Positions 19,415 through 30,247 of a DNA stretch of 64,000 bases are shown here, one piece after another; position 1 is the first letter of the stretch; each line of letters starts with the position of its first letter. Both the position numbers and the translations under genes were made by a program. The stretch covers positions 8,167 to 72,166 of the forward strand of contig JAGRMV010000001.1 of NCBI GenBank assembly GCA_020441045.1, written 5' to 3'. Origin of the DNA: Deltaproteobacteria bacterium. Lineage in GTDB: Bacteria > Bdellovibrionota_G > JALEGL01 > JAGRMV01. The notes beneath the pieces are model-generated. The model saw nothing but the letters and a program-made list of their open reading frames with translations, searched no databases and was not told the DNA's origin.

Positions 19415-21810
19415 AAAAAATGAACCGGGTTGATATCCATTGTTAATTTAATTTTTCTTTTTTCAAAGTGCTCTCGGGCATGTTGATACAACCATTGCAC
19501 CAAAGCATATAGCTTGTTTTTGTCTGCATGTCGCAACAACAAATGAAACCGATAATCATCACGAAGCTTGGCAATCGGTGCTGGTGCAGGACCTAAAATA
19601 TTGATTTCAATACCTTGTGAGGATACTTGTGTTGCTAGCCACCCCATCATATCTTCAACATCCTTGATCTTTTGACCAACTGCCTCAAACAAAACCAAAT
19701 ATGAAAAAGGTGGAAACATCATCGCCCTACGATGTTCGATCTCATGAGTATAAAAACCATGATAGTCTTGCTTTGCACCATGAACAATCGCATAATGCTG
19801 TGGTTGAAGCGTTTGAATTAACGCCTTGCCTTTATTTTTACCGCGACCAGATCTTCCCACAACTTGCGTAATCAACTGAAATGTAGTCTCAGCTGCCAAG
19901 TAGTCTGGAAAGTAAAGTGATTGATCTGCCAGAACAATGCCTACCAGTTCAATATTTGGAAGATCCAATCCTTTTGTGATCATTTGCGTACCAAGTAAAA
20001 TATCAATCTTTCCTTGCATCATTTGATTCATTGTATCGGAAAAAATATTTTTTTTCTGCGTTTGGTCTCGATCTAAACGCGCAATGCTTGCATCAGGAAA
20101 TTTGAACTTGAGCTCTTCTTCAATTTTTTCTGTCCCCATCCCAAAATGAACAAGTTTGCCTTCATGACAAGATGGACAGTGGTCATCAAGATCATGTTCA
20201 TAATAACAATAATGGCACTGCGCTGTATTCTTTGCCTTATGAAATGTTAATGTAACATCACAATGTGGACAATGCACTTCTTTGCCACAGCGATAACAAT
20301 AAACAACATGTGAATATCCACGACGATTCAAAAAAAGCAGCACTTGCTTTTGGCGACTTAAAGTTTTTTCTATCTCAAGACGCAGTTTTTCACCAATCCA
20401 ATATTTTTTACCAAAATCTTTTTCATTTTTTAGATCACAGATTTCAACCTCGGGCAAAGCATGTCCGGTTACACGGTGCTTAAGCTCAACTTTATGTTTG
20501 ACTTGATGATACATATCCACATTTGGCGTCGCAGAACCTAAGACAATTGGGCACTGATGGTATCGACTACGCATCTGTGCAACATCCATCGCATGATAGC
20601 GAAATCCGTCGTGCTGTTTGTACGAACCATCATGAAATTCATCTATGATAATCAATCCGATGTTATCCAATGGGGAAAAAATAGCGCTACGTGTTCCTAC
20701 CACAATTTTAGCTTCTCCTTGCAGCACCCGATACCATTCAGTCAATCTTTGTGAATCGGTTCTCTGACTGTGCAATAACGCTACCTGATCTCCAAAACGA
20801 TCCATAAAGCGCTGCACAAATTGTGGTGTAAGAGAAATTTCGGGCACCAATGCCAACACTTTTTTTCCTCTTTGTAAGCAGGCATGTGTTGCTTGTAAAT
20901 AAACTTCTGTTTTGCCACTACCGGTCACACCATGAAGCATAATTTCTTCAGCTTTATTTTCTTCGATAAAGGATACAATACGTGCCAATACTTCTTTTTG
21001 GTCGGCAGTTGGCTTAATATTTTGCGCTACGCCATGTAAACCCGAAGATGTGGTATTACGAATTTGGGTTTTGCTCGCAATGCATTTTTTTTTCAGCAAA
21101 GCCTTTAAAGATGTTGTAGATTTTCCAAACTTAGCTTGTAATGCCACTGCTGGCACCCAGTCGTTGACTTTTTGCAAGTGCTCCAAAATATCTTTTTGCA
21201 CAGGTCCGACGCGCTTTGATGGCATCAACTGAAAACGATAATAAATATCTTCTTTGACTTTCGCAGTCTGTCCGCCTGGTAAAGCCGTAATATCAATCCA
21301 ACCCTTTTTTTGTACCGACCGTAGCAAAGCTACATCTGCTTTTCGATGCTTATTAAAATGTTGATAGTCCCAATATTTGCTTTTTTGTAAGTGCTCAAAA
21401 AAAGCTTGCTCAAGATCATTCAAGGGTTTGCCCATTTGCCCTGACGGCACAATTTTTTTCTTTGCTGCATAGCTTAAACCTTTTAAAAGCATCGTCTGTA
21501 AAATATCACCATGTGGTACAGCGTATAGCGCAGCACATTGCTGTAATAATACAACCAATTCTTTTGTCATCACTGGAGCATCATCGACTACATGTAAAAT
21601 AGATTTGGTTTCAATATCTACCTGCTTAAGGGATGAAATAACAAATCCGGTCAATGTACGAGAACCAACCGGTGCCAAAACTCTTGAACCAATAGGCAGC
21701 TCCTGATCTTCGAATTCATAATGGTACGAAAGTTTGGGTAACCGCGCGTGTGGAAACACCACATCGATCCATTTCCGGCGAGAAATCAGATCATATCTTG
21801 CTGTCATCAT
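19411..21810 (-). CDS. priA: Primosomal protein N' (replication restart helicase PriA)
   Basis: 799 aa; Walker A GVTGSGKTEVY, DEAH-like IIDEFH, C-terminal Cys-rich zinc-binding region (CxxC…CxxC). Confidence 0.9.
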   Translation of the reverse strand: MMTARYDLISRRKWIDVVFPHARLPKLSYHYEFEDQELPIGSRVLAPVGSRTLTGFVISSLKQVDIETKSILHVVDDAPVMTKELVVLLQQCAALYAVPHGDILQTMLLKGLSYAAKKKIVPSGQMGKPLNDLEQAFFEHLQKSKYWDYQHFNKHRKADVALLRSVQKKGWIDITALPGGQTAKVKEDIYYRFQLMPSKRVGPVQKDILEHLQKVNDWVPAVALQAKFGKSTTSLKALLKKKCIASKTQIRNTTSSGLHGVAQNIKPTADQKEVLARIVSFIEENKAEEIMLHGVTGSGKTEVYLQATHACLQRGKKVLALVPEISLTPQFVQRFMDRFGDQVALLHSQRTDSQRLTEWYRVLQGEAKIVVGTRSAIFSPLDNIGLIIIDEFHDGSYKQHDGFRYHAMDVAQMRSRYHQCPIVLGSATPNVDMYHQVKHKVELKHRVTGHALPEVEICDLKNEKDFGKKYWIGEKLRLEIEKTLSRQKQVLLFLNRRGYSHVVYCYRCGKEVHCPHCDVTLTFHKAKNTAQCHYCYYEHDLDDHCPSCHEGKLVHFGMGTEKIEEELKFKFPDASIARLDRDQTQKKNIFSDTMNQMMQGKIDILLGTQMITKGLDLPNIELVGIVLADQSLYFPDYLAAETTFQLITQVVGRSGRGKNKGKALIQTLQPQHYAIVHGAKQDYHGFYTHEIEHRRAMMFPPFSYLVLFEAVGQKIKDVEDMMGWLATQVSSQGIEINILGPAPAPIAKLRDDYRFHLLLRHADKNKLYALVQWLYQHAREHFEKRKIKLTMDINPVHFL

Positions 21811-22484
21811 GTCGTAGAAAAAACATTCGACGCGAAGTTTTGATTGAGACGTAGATTTTGAATCAAAACTTCATATTTCGGCGTTTGACTTTCAAATTGT
21901 ATGATTTTTATGGGCAGCAACGACTTCGCACCTTGATCAGCTTTGTACATAAACTGATAGATTGCATGACCCTGCTTGGCCATTTTTGGTAGATAGGGTT
22001 CTGTCGAGAACAGCAAAAATGCATCTTCTTTTTTGCCTTGCAACCAATGTTTTTCACCATTGAATAAAAACCACTGAAACTGAGAAACCGAAGTATAAAA
22101 CTGGTTGACTCGAACCATCAACGCATCCGCATTATTGTAGGCCCACAACATTTCCAATGGTCCCATCGCTTGATCTATTGTAATTTTTCTCTTTTGGCCC
22201 TGGGTTATAAGAACTGCGCGCTGCGAATCAACTCGCATCTCTATATTGTTTTTTTCATCCAAAATACGCACCAAACCTGGTCGCTTGATCATTATTTTTT
22301 CAATTTTTTCTACTGATCCTGTTTGCCCGGTTATATCTATAGCCTGATAGACTTTTTCATACGTAAGCGTAGAGACTTGCTTGCCTTTTTGTATCCAGTT
22401 TTCGTAGACAAAATTGGGTGGATATACGTAAGCCCAGGTTTGCATAGGTAATAGTAACGTCAGAAAAATAAAGATTTTATTCAT
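21807..22484 (-). CDS. Hypothetical periplasmic protein (Sec signal MNKIFIFLTLLLPMQTWA)
   Basis: 225 aa, signal peptide; ATGA overlaps with galU (upstream) and priA (downstream) place it in the same operon. Confidence 0.5.
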   Translation of the reverse strand: MNKIFIFLTLLLPMQTWAYVYPPNFVYENWIQKGKQVSTLTYEKVYQAIDITGQTGSVEKIEKIMIKRPGLVRILDEKNNIEMRVDSQRAVLITQGQKRKITIDQAMGPLEMLWAYNNADALMVRVNQFYTSVSQFQWFLFNGEKHWLQGKKEDAFLLFSTEPYLPKMAKQGHAIYQFMYKADQGAKSLLPIKIIQFESQTPKYEVLIQNLRLNQNFASNVFSTT

Positions 22485-23347
22485 AAGCCTATCTCCTCTA
22501 TAAATGACTTGATCTCAGCTTGGTCATTGCCTTCTTGCAAAGCCATCATGATATTGGCTTTTGCAAAACCTATGGGCTGCCCTACATCGACACGCTGTCC
22601 TTCAAAAACAAAGCCTGAAACACCCGAAGTTGTGATCAACTGGGCAATTGCGTCGGTCAATTGAATTTCTTTATGCAATTTTTCTAATTTTTCTGGGATA
22701 TGTGAGAAAATATCTTTAGATAGTATGTAACGGCCCGTCACGGCTAGATTAGAAGGCGCATCTTTTTTGGATGGTTTTTCGACCAACTGACTTAGTGCAA
22801 ATGGTTTGCCCACTTCAACAACTTGCGCCGGTTTAACAACACCATAAGCAGAAATATGTTCATCATTGATTTCCTCTAGAGCTACCATGGTTTGCTGGCA
22901 TGTTTCAAATGCACGGATCAATTGTTGCATACATGGGGTTTGTGAAAAAATGATATCATCGGGTAACACCACTGCAAAGTGATCTGTACAGATTTCCCTT
23001 CTGGATGATAAAACTGCGTGCCCTAGCCCTAAAGGGTTATGTTGATAGACTCTTCTAAAAGTTACTTGTTTCAGTAATCTACGTAATTCAAGAAGCTTAT
23101 CTTCATGTCCACGCTGATCGAGCAATTGATCAATAAAACTTCCTTCAGAAAAATACTGAAAAATCGACTCTTTCTCCGGGCTTAAAACCAAGATAATCTC
23201 TTCAATCCCAGACTGCACCAATTCTTCTACGATATATTGCAGAACAGGCTTGGCCATGATCGGCAATAACTCTTTCGGTACAATTTTGGTTACAGGCAAA
23301 AACCGCGTTCCAAGGCCAGCCGCAGGTATAACAGCTTGTTTAATCAT
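22481..23347 (-). CDS. galU: UTP--glucose-1-phosphate uridylyltransferase (alternative start at 23368)
   Basis: MIKQAVIPAAGLGTRFLPVTK…PKELLPI N-terminus is the canonical GalU signature. Confidence 0.85.
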   Translation of the reverse strand: MIKQAVIPAAGLGTRFLPVTKIVPKELLPIMAKPVLQYIVEELVQSGIEEIILVLSPEKESIFQYFSEGSFIDQLLDQRGHEDKLLELRRLLKQVTFRRVYQHNPLGLGHAVLSSRREICTDHFAVVLPDDIIFSQTPCMQQLIRAFETCQQTMVALEEINDEHISAYGVVKPAQVVEVGKPFALSQLVEKPSKKDAPSNLAVTGRYILSKDIFSHIPEKLEKLHKEIQLTDAIAQLITTSGVSGFVFEGQRVDVGQPIGFAKANIMMALQEGNDQAEIKSFIEEIGL

Positions 23348-23751
23348 AACGCCTGGACTATAACACATTCAAAACCTTTCCCCGAATTGTTTTGGAGCTC
23401 GTAAATATAGTGTTGGTAAAGGGCATCGTTTTTATAGACACCTAAAAATATGTACCAAGAATACTATTTATATTTCCTCAATACACGTTCTGCTTGGTTT
23501 CAAAATTTTTTCATTTCTATTGATACGATTCATTTTTGATCAGCCATTTTTTAAAAAAAATTACTGCGATCATGAAGAAATGATGAAAATTGCTGGTTTA
23601 TTATAGAATTGAAAATATCTGCGTATAGGCTTTGTCACCTCATTTCCTGATGCTACCAAGCCATTATATTCCTTTTATATTTTAATTTAAACTTATCTTA
23701 TTGTAAATAAATAACAATTTTGTGATAAAAAGTTACCTTTTTACATTTATA

Positions 23752-23782
23752 TTGACATGACCAGCTGGTGTTGCTGTATACT
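23752..23782 (+). promoter_or_regulatory. Candidate sigma70-type promoter (TTGACA-19 nt-TATACT) in the 460-bp AT-rich leader of the subtilase gene
   Basis: TTGACA at 23752-23757 and TATACT at 23777-23782, about 48 nt upstream of the ATG at 23830. Spacer is longer than optimal. Confidence 0.3.
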
Positions 23783-23829
23783 AAAAACCGCATTGATCAA
23801 AAATTGTCACTGAAAGGCACACCAAACTT

Positions 23830-26800
23830 ATGCCCAAAAAAAATTTATATTTGTTTTCTTTTCTGATTTTGGTCATTGGGATCACCTCTCTGAACACGCA
23901 AGTTATTGAACAAACCAGCCAAGAAGATCTGGGATTACTGAAAAGCAATATCTGGGGAGACATCGAAACAATATCTACAGACTCAACGATAAAAAACCGT
24001 GAGACCTTAACCGACATTCCAGGTGTATCGGCAGATCAAATCCGTATGCCTGGTGTGCATGCCGATGCTGATGCCTACGTTGATCTTTATAACAAACTCG
24101 AGCGCTATATTTTGGTGCATGAAATTGATGCCCGCGCCCCTTCGTTGGTTCAAAAGTATTTTGAACTCAAACATCACTATATCACTGATGAAGGTCCAGA
24201 AGTAAGTGCCGAAGGCTTTGCGCTCAAAGAAAAAATCCAACCCGAGATGACCGAAGTCATGCAAGGATACAAAGACACTTTTCGCGATGAAGTACAGCGC
24301 TTTGTCGATAACAATCTTAAGGTCATGTTACCCCAGCGCGAAGTCATTGTAGAAGAAATCCATCACCGCAATCAAGACCCTAGATCACAAACTCGTACCC
24401 AGAATAACAGTCCCATTGTCATTCGCTACGCAAATACCTCGATTCCATTTATTGAAATCGAAGGTATCAGCCTACAGGAAGCAACTGCACTAAAAAACGC
24501 CAAAAAAACCAAAAACATGGGATGGACCCGTATGGAAAAGGTTCAGCCCGTCAGCATCCACATGAATGATTCGGCTATGATTACCAATACCACACCATTA
24601 TATGGCAAACCTGGTCCAACCAGTCCCAACGGTAAATCCACCATGCTTGACGGATCAGGCACAACCATTGCCATTATTGATACAGGGATTGATTATACCC
24701 ACCCAGATTTAGGCGGATGCCTGGGCAATGCATGTAAAGTCATCGGTGGCTACGACTTCTACAACGACGATCCCGACCCTATGGATGAAAGATATCACGG
24801 AACGCACGTTGCTGCCATTGCAGCTGGAGTCGGCTCCTATACACAAGGCACCTATACCTATCCGATTCTTGGACAAGCACCTGGGGCAAGACTTTTTGCA
24901 TTGAAAGTCACCGATCCTGCTGGTTTTTCCACCAGTACACTTATCATCAATGCCATCGAAGCCAGCGCTGACCCCAATGGCGATGGCTTGTTCAATGATC
25001 GTGTTGATGTTGTCAACATCAGTATGGGCGGCGGTGGCAATCCGCTTGATTTACAAAGTGCGGCTCTGGATATGATTTCACAAACTGCCGAAATTCTTTT
25101 TGTTGTAAGTGCTGGCAACAATGGCCCCTATGGTCCGAGTATCTCAAGTCCAGGTGTTGCCGCTGAGGCCATCACTGTTGCTGCTGCCTGTGATGCCGAT
25201 CAAATTGGCAATGTCTCTTATACAGATTTACTAAGCGGGGAAGTGATTCAACTTTGCGATCAACCCATCGCACTTTTTTCGTCCCGTGGACCGGTGTTTT
25301 ATAATGGGGTCAATTACCAGAAACCTAATATTAGCGCACCAGGGGTGCAAATTTGTGCCGCCAGAAAAAGCGGGTATTCTGCCGCGGCCACATGCTTGGA
25401 CGCAGCACATATAGCCCTTGACGGTACCAGTATGGCGGCTCCACAAGTTGCTGGCATTGCTGCCATTTTACGCCAAATGGACCCAAACTTTACCAACCAA
25501 CAAATCAAAAATGCATTGTATACCTCGGCCATTGATTTGGGGATGGGAAACAATGCGCAAGGGCATGGCATGGTCGATGCGTTTGGTGCTTATAACGAAC
25601 TTTTCCCGTCTGCCAATTTAAGCTCGGGACTTGGAAGTTTTCAAATTCAAAACATGCCCCTGGTCTTAAACATCGATCCGATGTTTAAAGTCACCCAGTT
25701 TAGTCCTTTGATCGGCATAGAAAACCAAGCCAAATCTTCCGCATCATTTCAGTGGACAAGTCTAAACAACCTGCCACAAGGCATAACTTCGACGGCAGGC
25801 CCCTTATGGAACATTGCATCTGGTCAGATCGATGGCGTCCCGACCAATATTTTTGCCGATCATATGCAAATTCACAAAGGCAATTACTCCACCGACTTTT
25901 CTTTGGCACAAACCTTAAACAACAACACACTCAATTTCGATATTCCAGGTTATCTTCAAGTCCAACCCAAGCTCAAAGCCGACATTCAGAGTATTGATTT
26001 TGGTGTACACTCACCCAAAGACCCCAGTGGAAACTTCCTGCCATCACCGACCATTCTTTCGCAAAAGATTAAATTCGTAAACAAACTTTCAGATCATGGT
26101 CTGACCTATACCGTCAATGTATCCTCACTGCCCGCTGGTTTGGATGTCAGTCTACGTAGCTCGTTAAGTGGATCGGCCAGCTCATCTATTTATTTTGGCC
26201 CTGGCGTCGGCAAGTCTCGGATTTTACGAATCGACGTCGACAATACGATTGTCAAACCAGGCCGCTACGATGGCAAGTTAGAGTTAATTTCACCAAGCAA
26301 TGCCAATGGCGTCAGTGAAGTACTCAGCATTCCATTTACGGTATTTATTGGGTATCAAATCGAGTTCCATTTTCTCGGCACAGAAATTCCGTTTGAAGTA
26401 CAGCTCTTCCAGCCATATCAAAACGGCATGACCGAAACCGAATACAAACAGAAAAAAATCCATATTCCTTTTATCTTTGCGCCCAAAAGTGCGATCACAA
26501 CTTTTAATGTATTGGAACAAGGTACGCACTGGGCTTTGGCACAATACGCAAGTCAAGGCAACGAAAAATATCGATGGGTGATCAAGGAACAAATTCCTGT
26601 TTTCCAAAATGTGACCACTGTCAATATCGATATCAACCAATCTAATCACGTTCTGAATTTACAAGCCCTTGACCCAACAGGCAGCGATTTCAATCGATAT
26701 TGGACCCGACAAATCCGCTTGCTTAAAAAACAGCCCGGGCATGGCACTGTGTTTGTTGAAAACAATATCGTTTTGGGTGGTACCTCTTGGCCCAGCACAG

Positions 26801-28233
26801 ATGGGTTCATACGGATCAATGATCTATCAAGCGACTTTACCATAGCCATCAACTTCGGCGCCAGTCACCAAGGTGGATTAGGCGCTCCGGATTCTTATCT
26901 TTATCAAGGGTATCTCGCCAACGGAATTTTTACGGATAAAGCGTTGTTTGATTATACACAGCTCACGCAAAGAAAAATTCATACCCAAGTATTTGACCCA
27001 GCCATTCGCAGCGCAAGCTATCTAAACTATATTCGCGCTTTTCAACATCAACCGTCATATTCACCATATGGCGAAGCGTGGGATCCTCGCGGATATGGCA
27101 ACAGACTTGCGACCAATACAAATTTTGCCACGGTTTATGCACATGCCTTGATCGAAGCCGATCAGCCCCTGGCCAACAAAACATATCGTGACTGGCCGCT
27201 GCTGCATTTTTTCGCAGAAGACCTTTGGAACAATGCCAGCGGGAAAAAATATGATATTAAAAATAACTACGGCGGGATCGGGGTACTATTTGATCCTTTG
27301 CAAATGCGCATGATGAAGTTGTTAGATAGAGGAACGTTTTTCAAAGACATTCAAGTTCCACTGACAGAGTCCTATCTTTGGTCCCATGAGCTCCCCTTTC
27401 ATGACAACACCTTGATTCCTTTAGGCATTGGATTGGCAACCATCAAACCCGAGGCCAATTACTCGCCGGGTCTCATTCAAGGTTCCGGCATGGGGGCAGT
27501 ATCTCCCTTAATGATTCGTGTCGCCGGTGAAATGGCCGCAGGACCCTTTTCAAAATGTGGTGATTTTACAAACTGGGCAGGCAACGGCACAATGCCTGTC
27601 AACGATCCTTCCATTGCCAGCTGGGTCAACAGTCAGTCTTTTCCAGCTGTTAATTTCGGCAGCGTATGGGGATACTGGTACGCTGATCCTTTTGCAGGCG
27701 GCAGTGGCTCCGGAGAACTCAAAGTGCAATTTCAAGCCGATGTATGCGCTGAAGGGCAAAATCGTCTAGCACGGACTGTCTTGGTCAATCAGGTCGACTC
27801 TAGCACCTATACCGACACCCCTCCGTACCTGCAATCAGTTGTGTTGATGTCGCAAGGTTTGGACCCATATGTTCAAAACGGCATCACCACGACAGACAAG
27901 ATTGATTTGTATTTCCGAGCGTTATCGTCTCATCCTGAACATCTAGGACAAGGCGCGTATTTGGCATCGACCCACGAACTTCTCAATCAACCCGGCAATG
28001 TTCAAGTTCACATCAAAAAAGGATCGCAACAGTTTGCGCTGCCCTTTACGGTTGACGTTGATCCCAATGGCATCGACTTTCACGTCGAAATCGATCCAAC
28101 CTTATTGTTCGATCCATCTTATCCCGTCCCCAATGACGTGACCATGTCGATTTTATTGACCGATATACATGGCAATATCGCGCAACATGGGATTACCATC
28201 CCAGTCGTAAGCAGCTTACTTGAGGCGCCATAA
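23830..28233 (+). CDS. Secreted subtilisin-like serine protease (peptidase S8) with about 870-aa C-terminal extension of unknown function
   Basis: 1467 aa; signal peptide MPKKNLYLFSFLILVIGITSL. Catalytic triad regions IAIIDTGIDYTHPDL (Asp), HGTHVAAIAAG (His), GTSMAAPQVAGIAAIL (Ser). Confidence 0.8.
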   Translation: MPKKNLYLFSFLILVIGITSLNTQVIEQTSQEDLGLLKSNIWGDIETISTDSTIKNRETLTDIPGVSADQIRMPGVHADADAYVDLYNKLERYILVHEIDARAPSLVQKYFELKHHYITDEGPEVSAEGFALKEKIQPEMTEVMQGYKDTFRDEVQRFVDNNLKVMLPQREVIVEEIHHRNQDPRSQTRTQNNSPIVIRYANTSIPFIEIEGISLQEATALKNAKKTKNMGWTRMEKVQPVSIHMNDSAMITNTTPLYGKPGPTSPNGKSTMLDGSGTTIAIIDTGIDYTHPDLGGCLGNACKVIGGYDFYNDDPDPMDERYHGTHVAAIAAGVGSYTQGTYTYPILGQAPGARLFALKVTDPAGFSTSTLIINAIEASADPNGDGLFNDRVDVVNISMGGGGNPLDLQSAALDMISQTAEILFVVSAGNNGPYGPSISSPGVAAEAITVAAACDADQIGNVSYTDLLSGEVIQLCDQPIALFSSRGPVFYNGVNYQKPNISAPGVQICAARKSGYSAAATCLDAAHIALDGTSMAAPQVAGIAAILRQMDPNFTNQQIKNALYTSAIDLGMGNNAQGHGMVDAFGAYNELFPSANLSSGLGSFQIQNMPLVLNIDPMFKVTQFSPLIGIENQAKSSASFQWTSLNNLPQGITSTAGPLWNIASGQIDGVPTNIFADHMQIHKGNYSTDFSLAQTLNNNTLNFDIPGYLQVQPKLKADIQSIDFGVHSPKDPSGNFLPSPTILSQKIKFVNKLSDHGLTYTVNVSSLPAGLDVSLRSSLSGSASSSIYFGPGVGKSRILRIDVDNTIVKPGRYDGKLELISPSNANGVSEVLSIPFTVFIGYQIEFHFLGTEIPFEVQLFQPYQNGMTETEYKQKKIHIPFIFAPKSAITTFNVLEQGTHWALAQYASQGNEKYRWVIKEQIPVFQNVTTVNIDINQSNHVLNLQALDPTGSDFNRYWTRQIRLLKKQPGHGTVFVENNIVLGGTSWPSTDGFIRINDLSSDFTIAINFGASHQGGLGAPDSYLYQGYLANGIFTDKALFDYTQLTQRKIHTQVFDPAIRSASYLNYIRAFQHQPSYSPYGEAWDPRGYGNRLATNTNFATVYAHALIEADQPLANKTYRDWPLLHFFAEDLWNNASGKKYDIKNNYGGIGVLFDPLQMRMMKLLDRGTFFKDIQVPLTESYLWSHELPFHDNTLIPLGIGLATIKPEANYSPGLIQGSGMGAVSPLMIRVAGEMAAGPFSKCGDFTNWAGNGTMPVNDPSIASWVNSQSFPAVNFGSVWGYWYADPFAGGSGSGELKVQFQADVCAEGQNRLARTVLVNQVDSSTYTDTPPYLQSVVLMSQGLDPYVQNGITTTDKIDLYFRALSSHPEHLGQGAYLASTHELLNQPGNVQVHIKKGSQQFALPFTVDVDPNGIDFHVEIDPTLLFDPSYPVPNDVTMSILLTDIHGNIAQHGITIPVVSSLLEAP

Positions 28234-28441
28234 AAACAGCAATGACTCTATAAATTTGTTCATATCGACACTTTTTACTGACCCGCTTGCTATATAGAAC
28301 GGACAATATAGACATAAACACATTCAATGCTATATCGTATTATTCGATCAGTCCTGATGCTTTACTAACAAGCTAAGCTATACTACTCATCATTGTCTTC
28401 GCGGATACGCTTAAGATGCAAAATTTTCGAAAAAAGCGGGA

Positions 28442-30247
28442 TCACATTTTATAAAGTCCATCTAGATTGATGGCGGTTTTTTTATTTTGCGTGGTAGAAG
28501 CATTGAGATATTTTTCTACCGATGCTTGTAGTTGTTTTGGGCTCCACTGTTTTTTTAAACCATATAGAGTCTCATTGAGCATGTGGACTTCTTCTTCGAT
28601 ATGCATTTTTTCTGCAATCATTTGCAAGGTCAGCATATTTTGCTCAGGCCAAAGCTGCTTTCCAAGAGAAATCAAGCTATCACGAACTTGTTTGGGTTGC
28701 CCCAACTTACAGGCTTGATTGAAATTTTTTATAGCTGCTTTATGATCATGCCATCCCCATTGTTTTCTTTCTGAAACTTGCGATACATGATCCGAAGCCG
28801 AAGTCTTTTTTTTGTGGATTTTCCATAAATATATCCATGCGGCACCAAAAATAAGTCCCAAAAGACTCCAAAGATAGATCAAACCATATGTCGATACATG
28901 TTGTTTGATCACATTGTCATACAAAGTATCTTCATTATTGATTATTTTTGGATGACTTGGCTGTGAGGAATCAGGGGTCTTTTGTACATCGATATTCGAG
29001 GCATTTCCCTCTACATGTATACGCTGCAAAGAAAGTTTGGCATATTCTGTCTGTTTACTCTGTATATTGTACCAAGGAATGATGATTTCCGGCAATACGA
29101 CTTCACCAGGAGTTTCAGGTATCATGGTTACTTCAACAACGACATTACTCACAAGTACATCATCAATAAGCGTTTGGTCTTGTTTTGAAATATTTTTGTA
29201 CTGTTTTACGCCATCGATCTCTGGCATTGGCAGGTCAGGGATTTGACTACTGGCCAGACCCCTGGCTTGCACATTGATGATTCTGGTTACAGGTTCTCCT
29301 ATTTTAAACGCTTGTGAACTCCACGCTTGCGACAAATCTAGTGATTGCGCTGGTAGCCAATGCTTACCTTTAAAATCAGATGGAATTGCCGCAACATCAA
29401 TAGTTACTGGCTCAGAGCTCACTTGGACCCGTTGTAAATTATTTGAGAAAAAAGGGTGCGAAAAAAAAGCATCGTCAAAAAGGCTATTGTTGCCAAAAGG
29501 TGCATCAAAAATCCCATTTTGACGCTGTTTTCCTGGAACATGCACTTTTGCGGTCAGTACAGCAGGAGATATTTTGATTTTCCCACTTTTTTGGGGAATC
29601 ACAATATATTGTATTTCGTAAACCAATACTTTTTCACCATCCACCATTTTTTCATATTCGCGAGGCTTACCGATAGACTCAAAAAGTGCTTCACCTTGTT
29701 CAACCGTTGGCTCGGCCAGTTGAGGATTGATAACATTGATATCTCTTATAAGTTGTACAGTATATACAAGTTGCTGCTGAACCAAACTTTTCGTATCGGA
29801 GAGAAAAGCTCTTAATTCAATTTTGCCATGATCGCCGGAAAAACTTCCCTTTGAGTTCTGTTTTGTGGAATGGCTCGACTGCGTATTGGCAATGATATCG
29901 ATATCAAACGGATCGGTTTTTTCCGTGCCATCACCAATTGAAGGAATTTGTATTTTTCCATTTTTACTCGGTAAAAGACTAACTATCAGTTCTTTTTTGC
30001 TTGAAATGTTTCCATTGACGATGGTTGTACTATGTTTTTGACTTGTGCCTAAGATTTGAAAGTCTGTTTCTAGTGGGCGCAGATCCATATCGTTTACGTT
30101 TACATCCGAAATATCAACGGTAAACTCGATAATTTCACCCTCAACATATTGTGTTTTATCTATGAAAGCGTTAATTTTTGCCTGCGCTTGCGATCCGTAG
30201 CATAGCAAGAATAGAGAAAATGCACATATGATGTATTTTTTTACCAT
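28442..30247 (-). CDS. BatD-like protein (signal peptide, large periplasmic domain, C-proximal TM)
   Basis: 601 aa, signal MVKKYIICAFSLFLLCYGSQAQA, TM near residues 455-478. Last gene of the MoxR-DUF58-BatA-BatB/C operon; start overlaps the upstream stop. Confidence 0.6.
   Translation of the reverse strand: MVKKYIICAFSLFLLCYGSQAQAKINAFIDKTQYVEGEIIEFTVDISDVNVNDMDLRPLETDFQILGTSQKHSTTIVNGNISSKKELIVSLLPSKNGKIQIPSIGDGTEKTDPFDIDIIANTQSSHSTKQNSKGSFSGDHGKIELRAFLSDTKSLVQQQLVYTVQLIRDINVINPQLAEPTVEQGEALFESIGKPREYEKMVDGEKVLVYEIQYIVIPQKSGKIKISPAVLTAKVHVPGKQRQNGIFDAPFGNNSLFDDAFFSHPFFSNNLQRVQVSSEPVTIDVAAIPSDFKGKHWLPAQSLDLSQAWSSQAFKIGEPVTRIINVQARGLASSQIPDLPMPEIDGVKQYKNISKQDQTLIDDVLVSNVVVEVTMIPETPGEVVLPEIIIPWYNIQSKQTEYAKLSLQRIHVEGNASNIDVQKTPDSSQPSHPKIINNEDTLYDNVIKQHVSTYGLIYLWSLLGLIFGAAWIYLWKIHKKKTSASDHVSQVSERKQWGWHDHKAAIKNFNQACKLGQPKQVRDSLISLGKQLWPEQNMLTLQMIAEKMHIEEEVHMLNETLYGLKKQWSPKQLQASVEKYLNASTTQNKKTAINLDGLYKM

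Noticed and set aside
28460-28490. Hairpin-like CCATC…GATGG followed by a T-run near 28.46 kb, considered as a terminator for the subtilase gene
   Set aside because: It lies inside the 3' coding end of the convergent BatD gene and more than 200 nt past the subtilase stop; not a convincing terminator.
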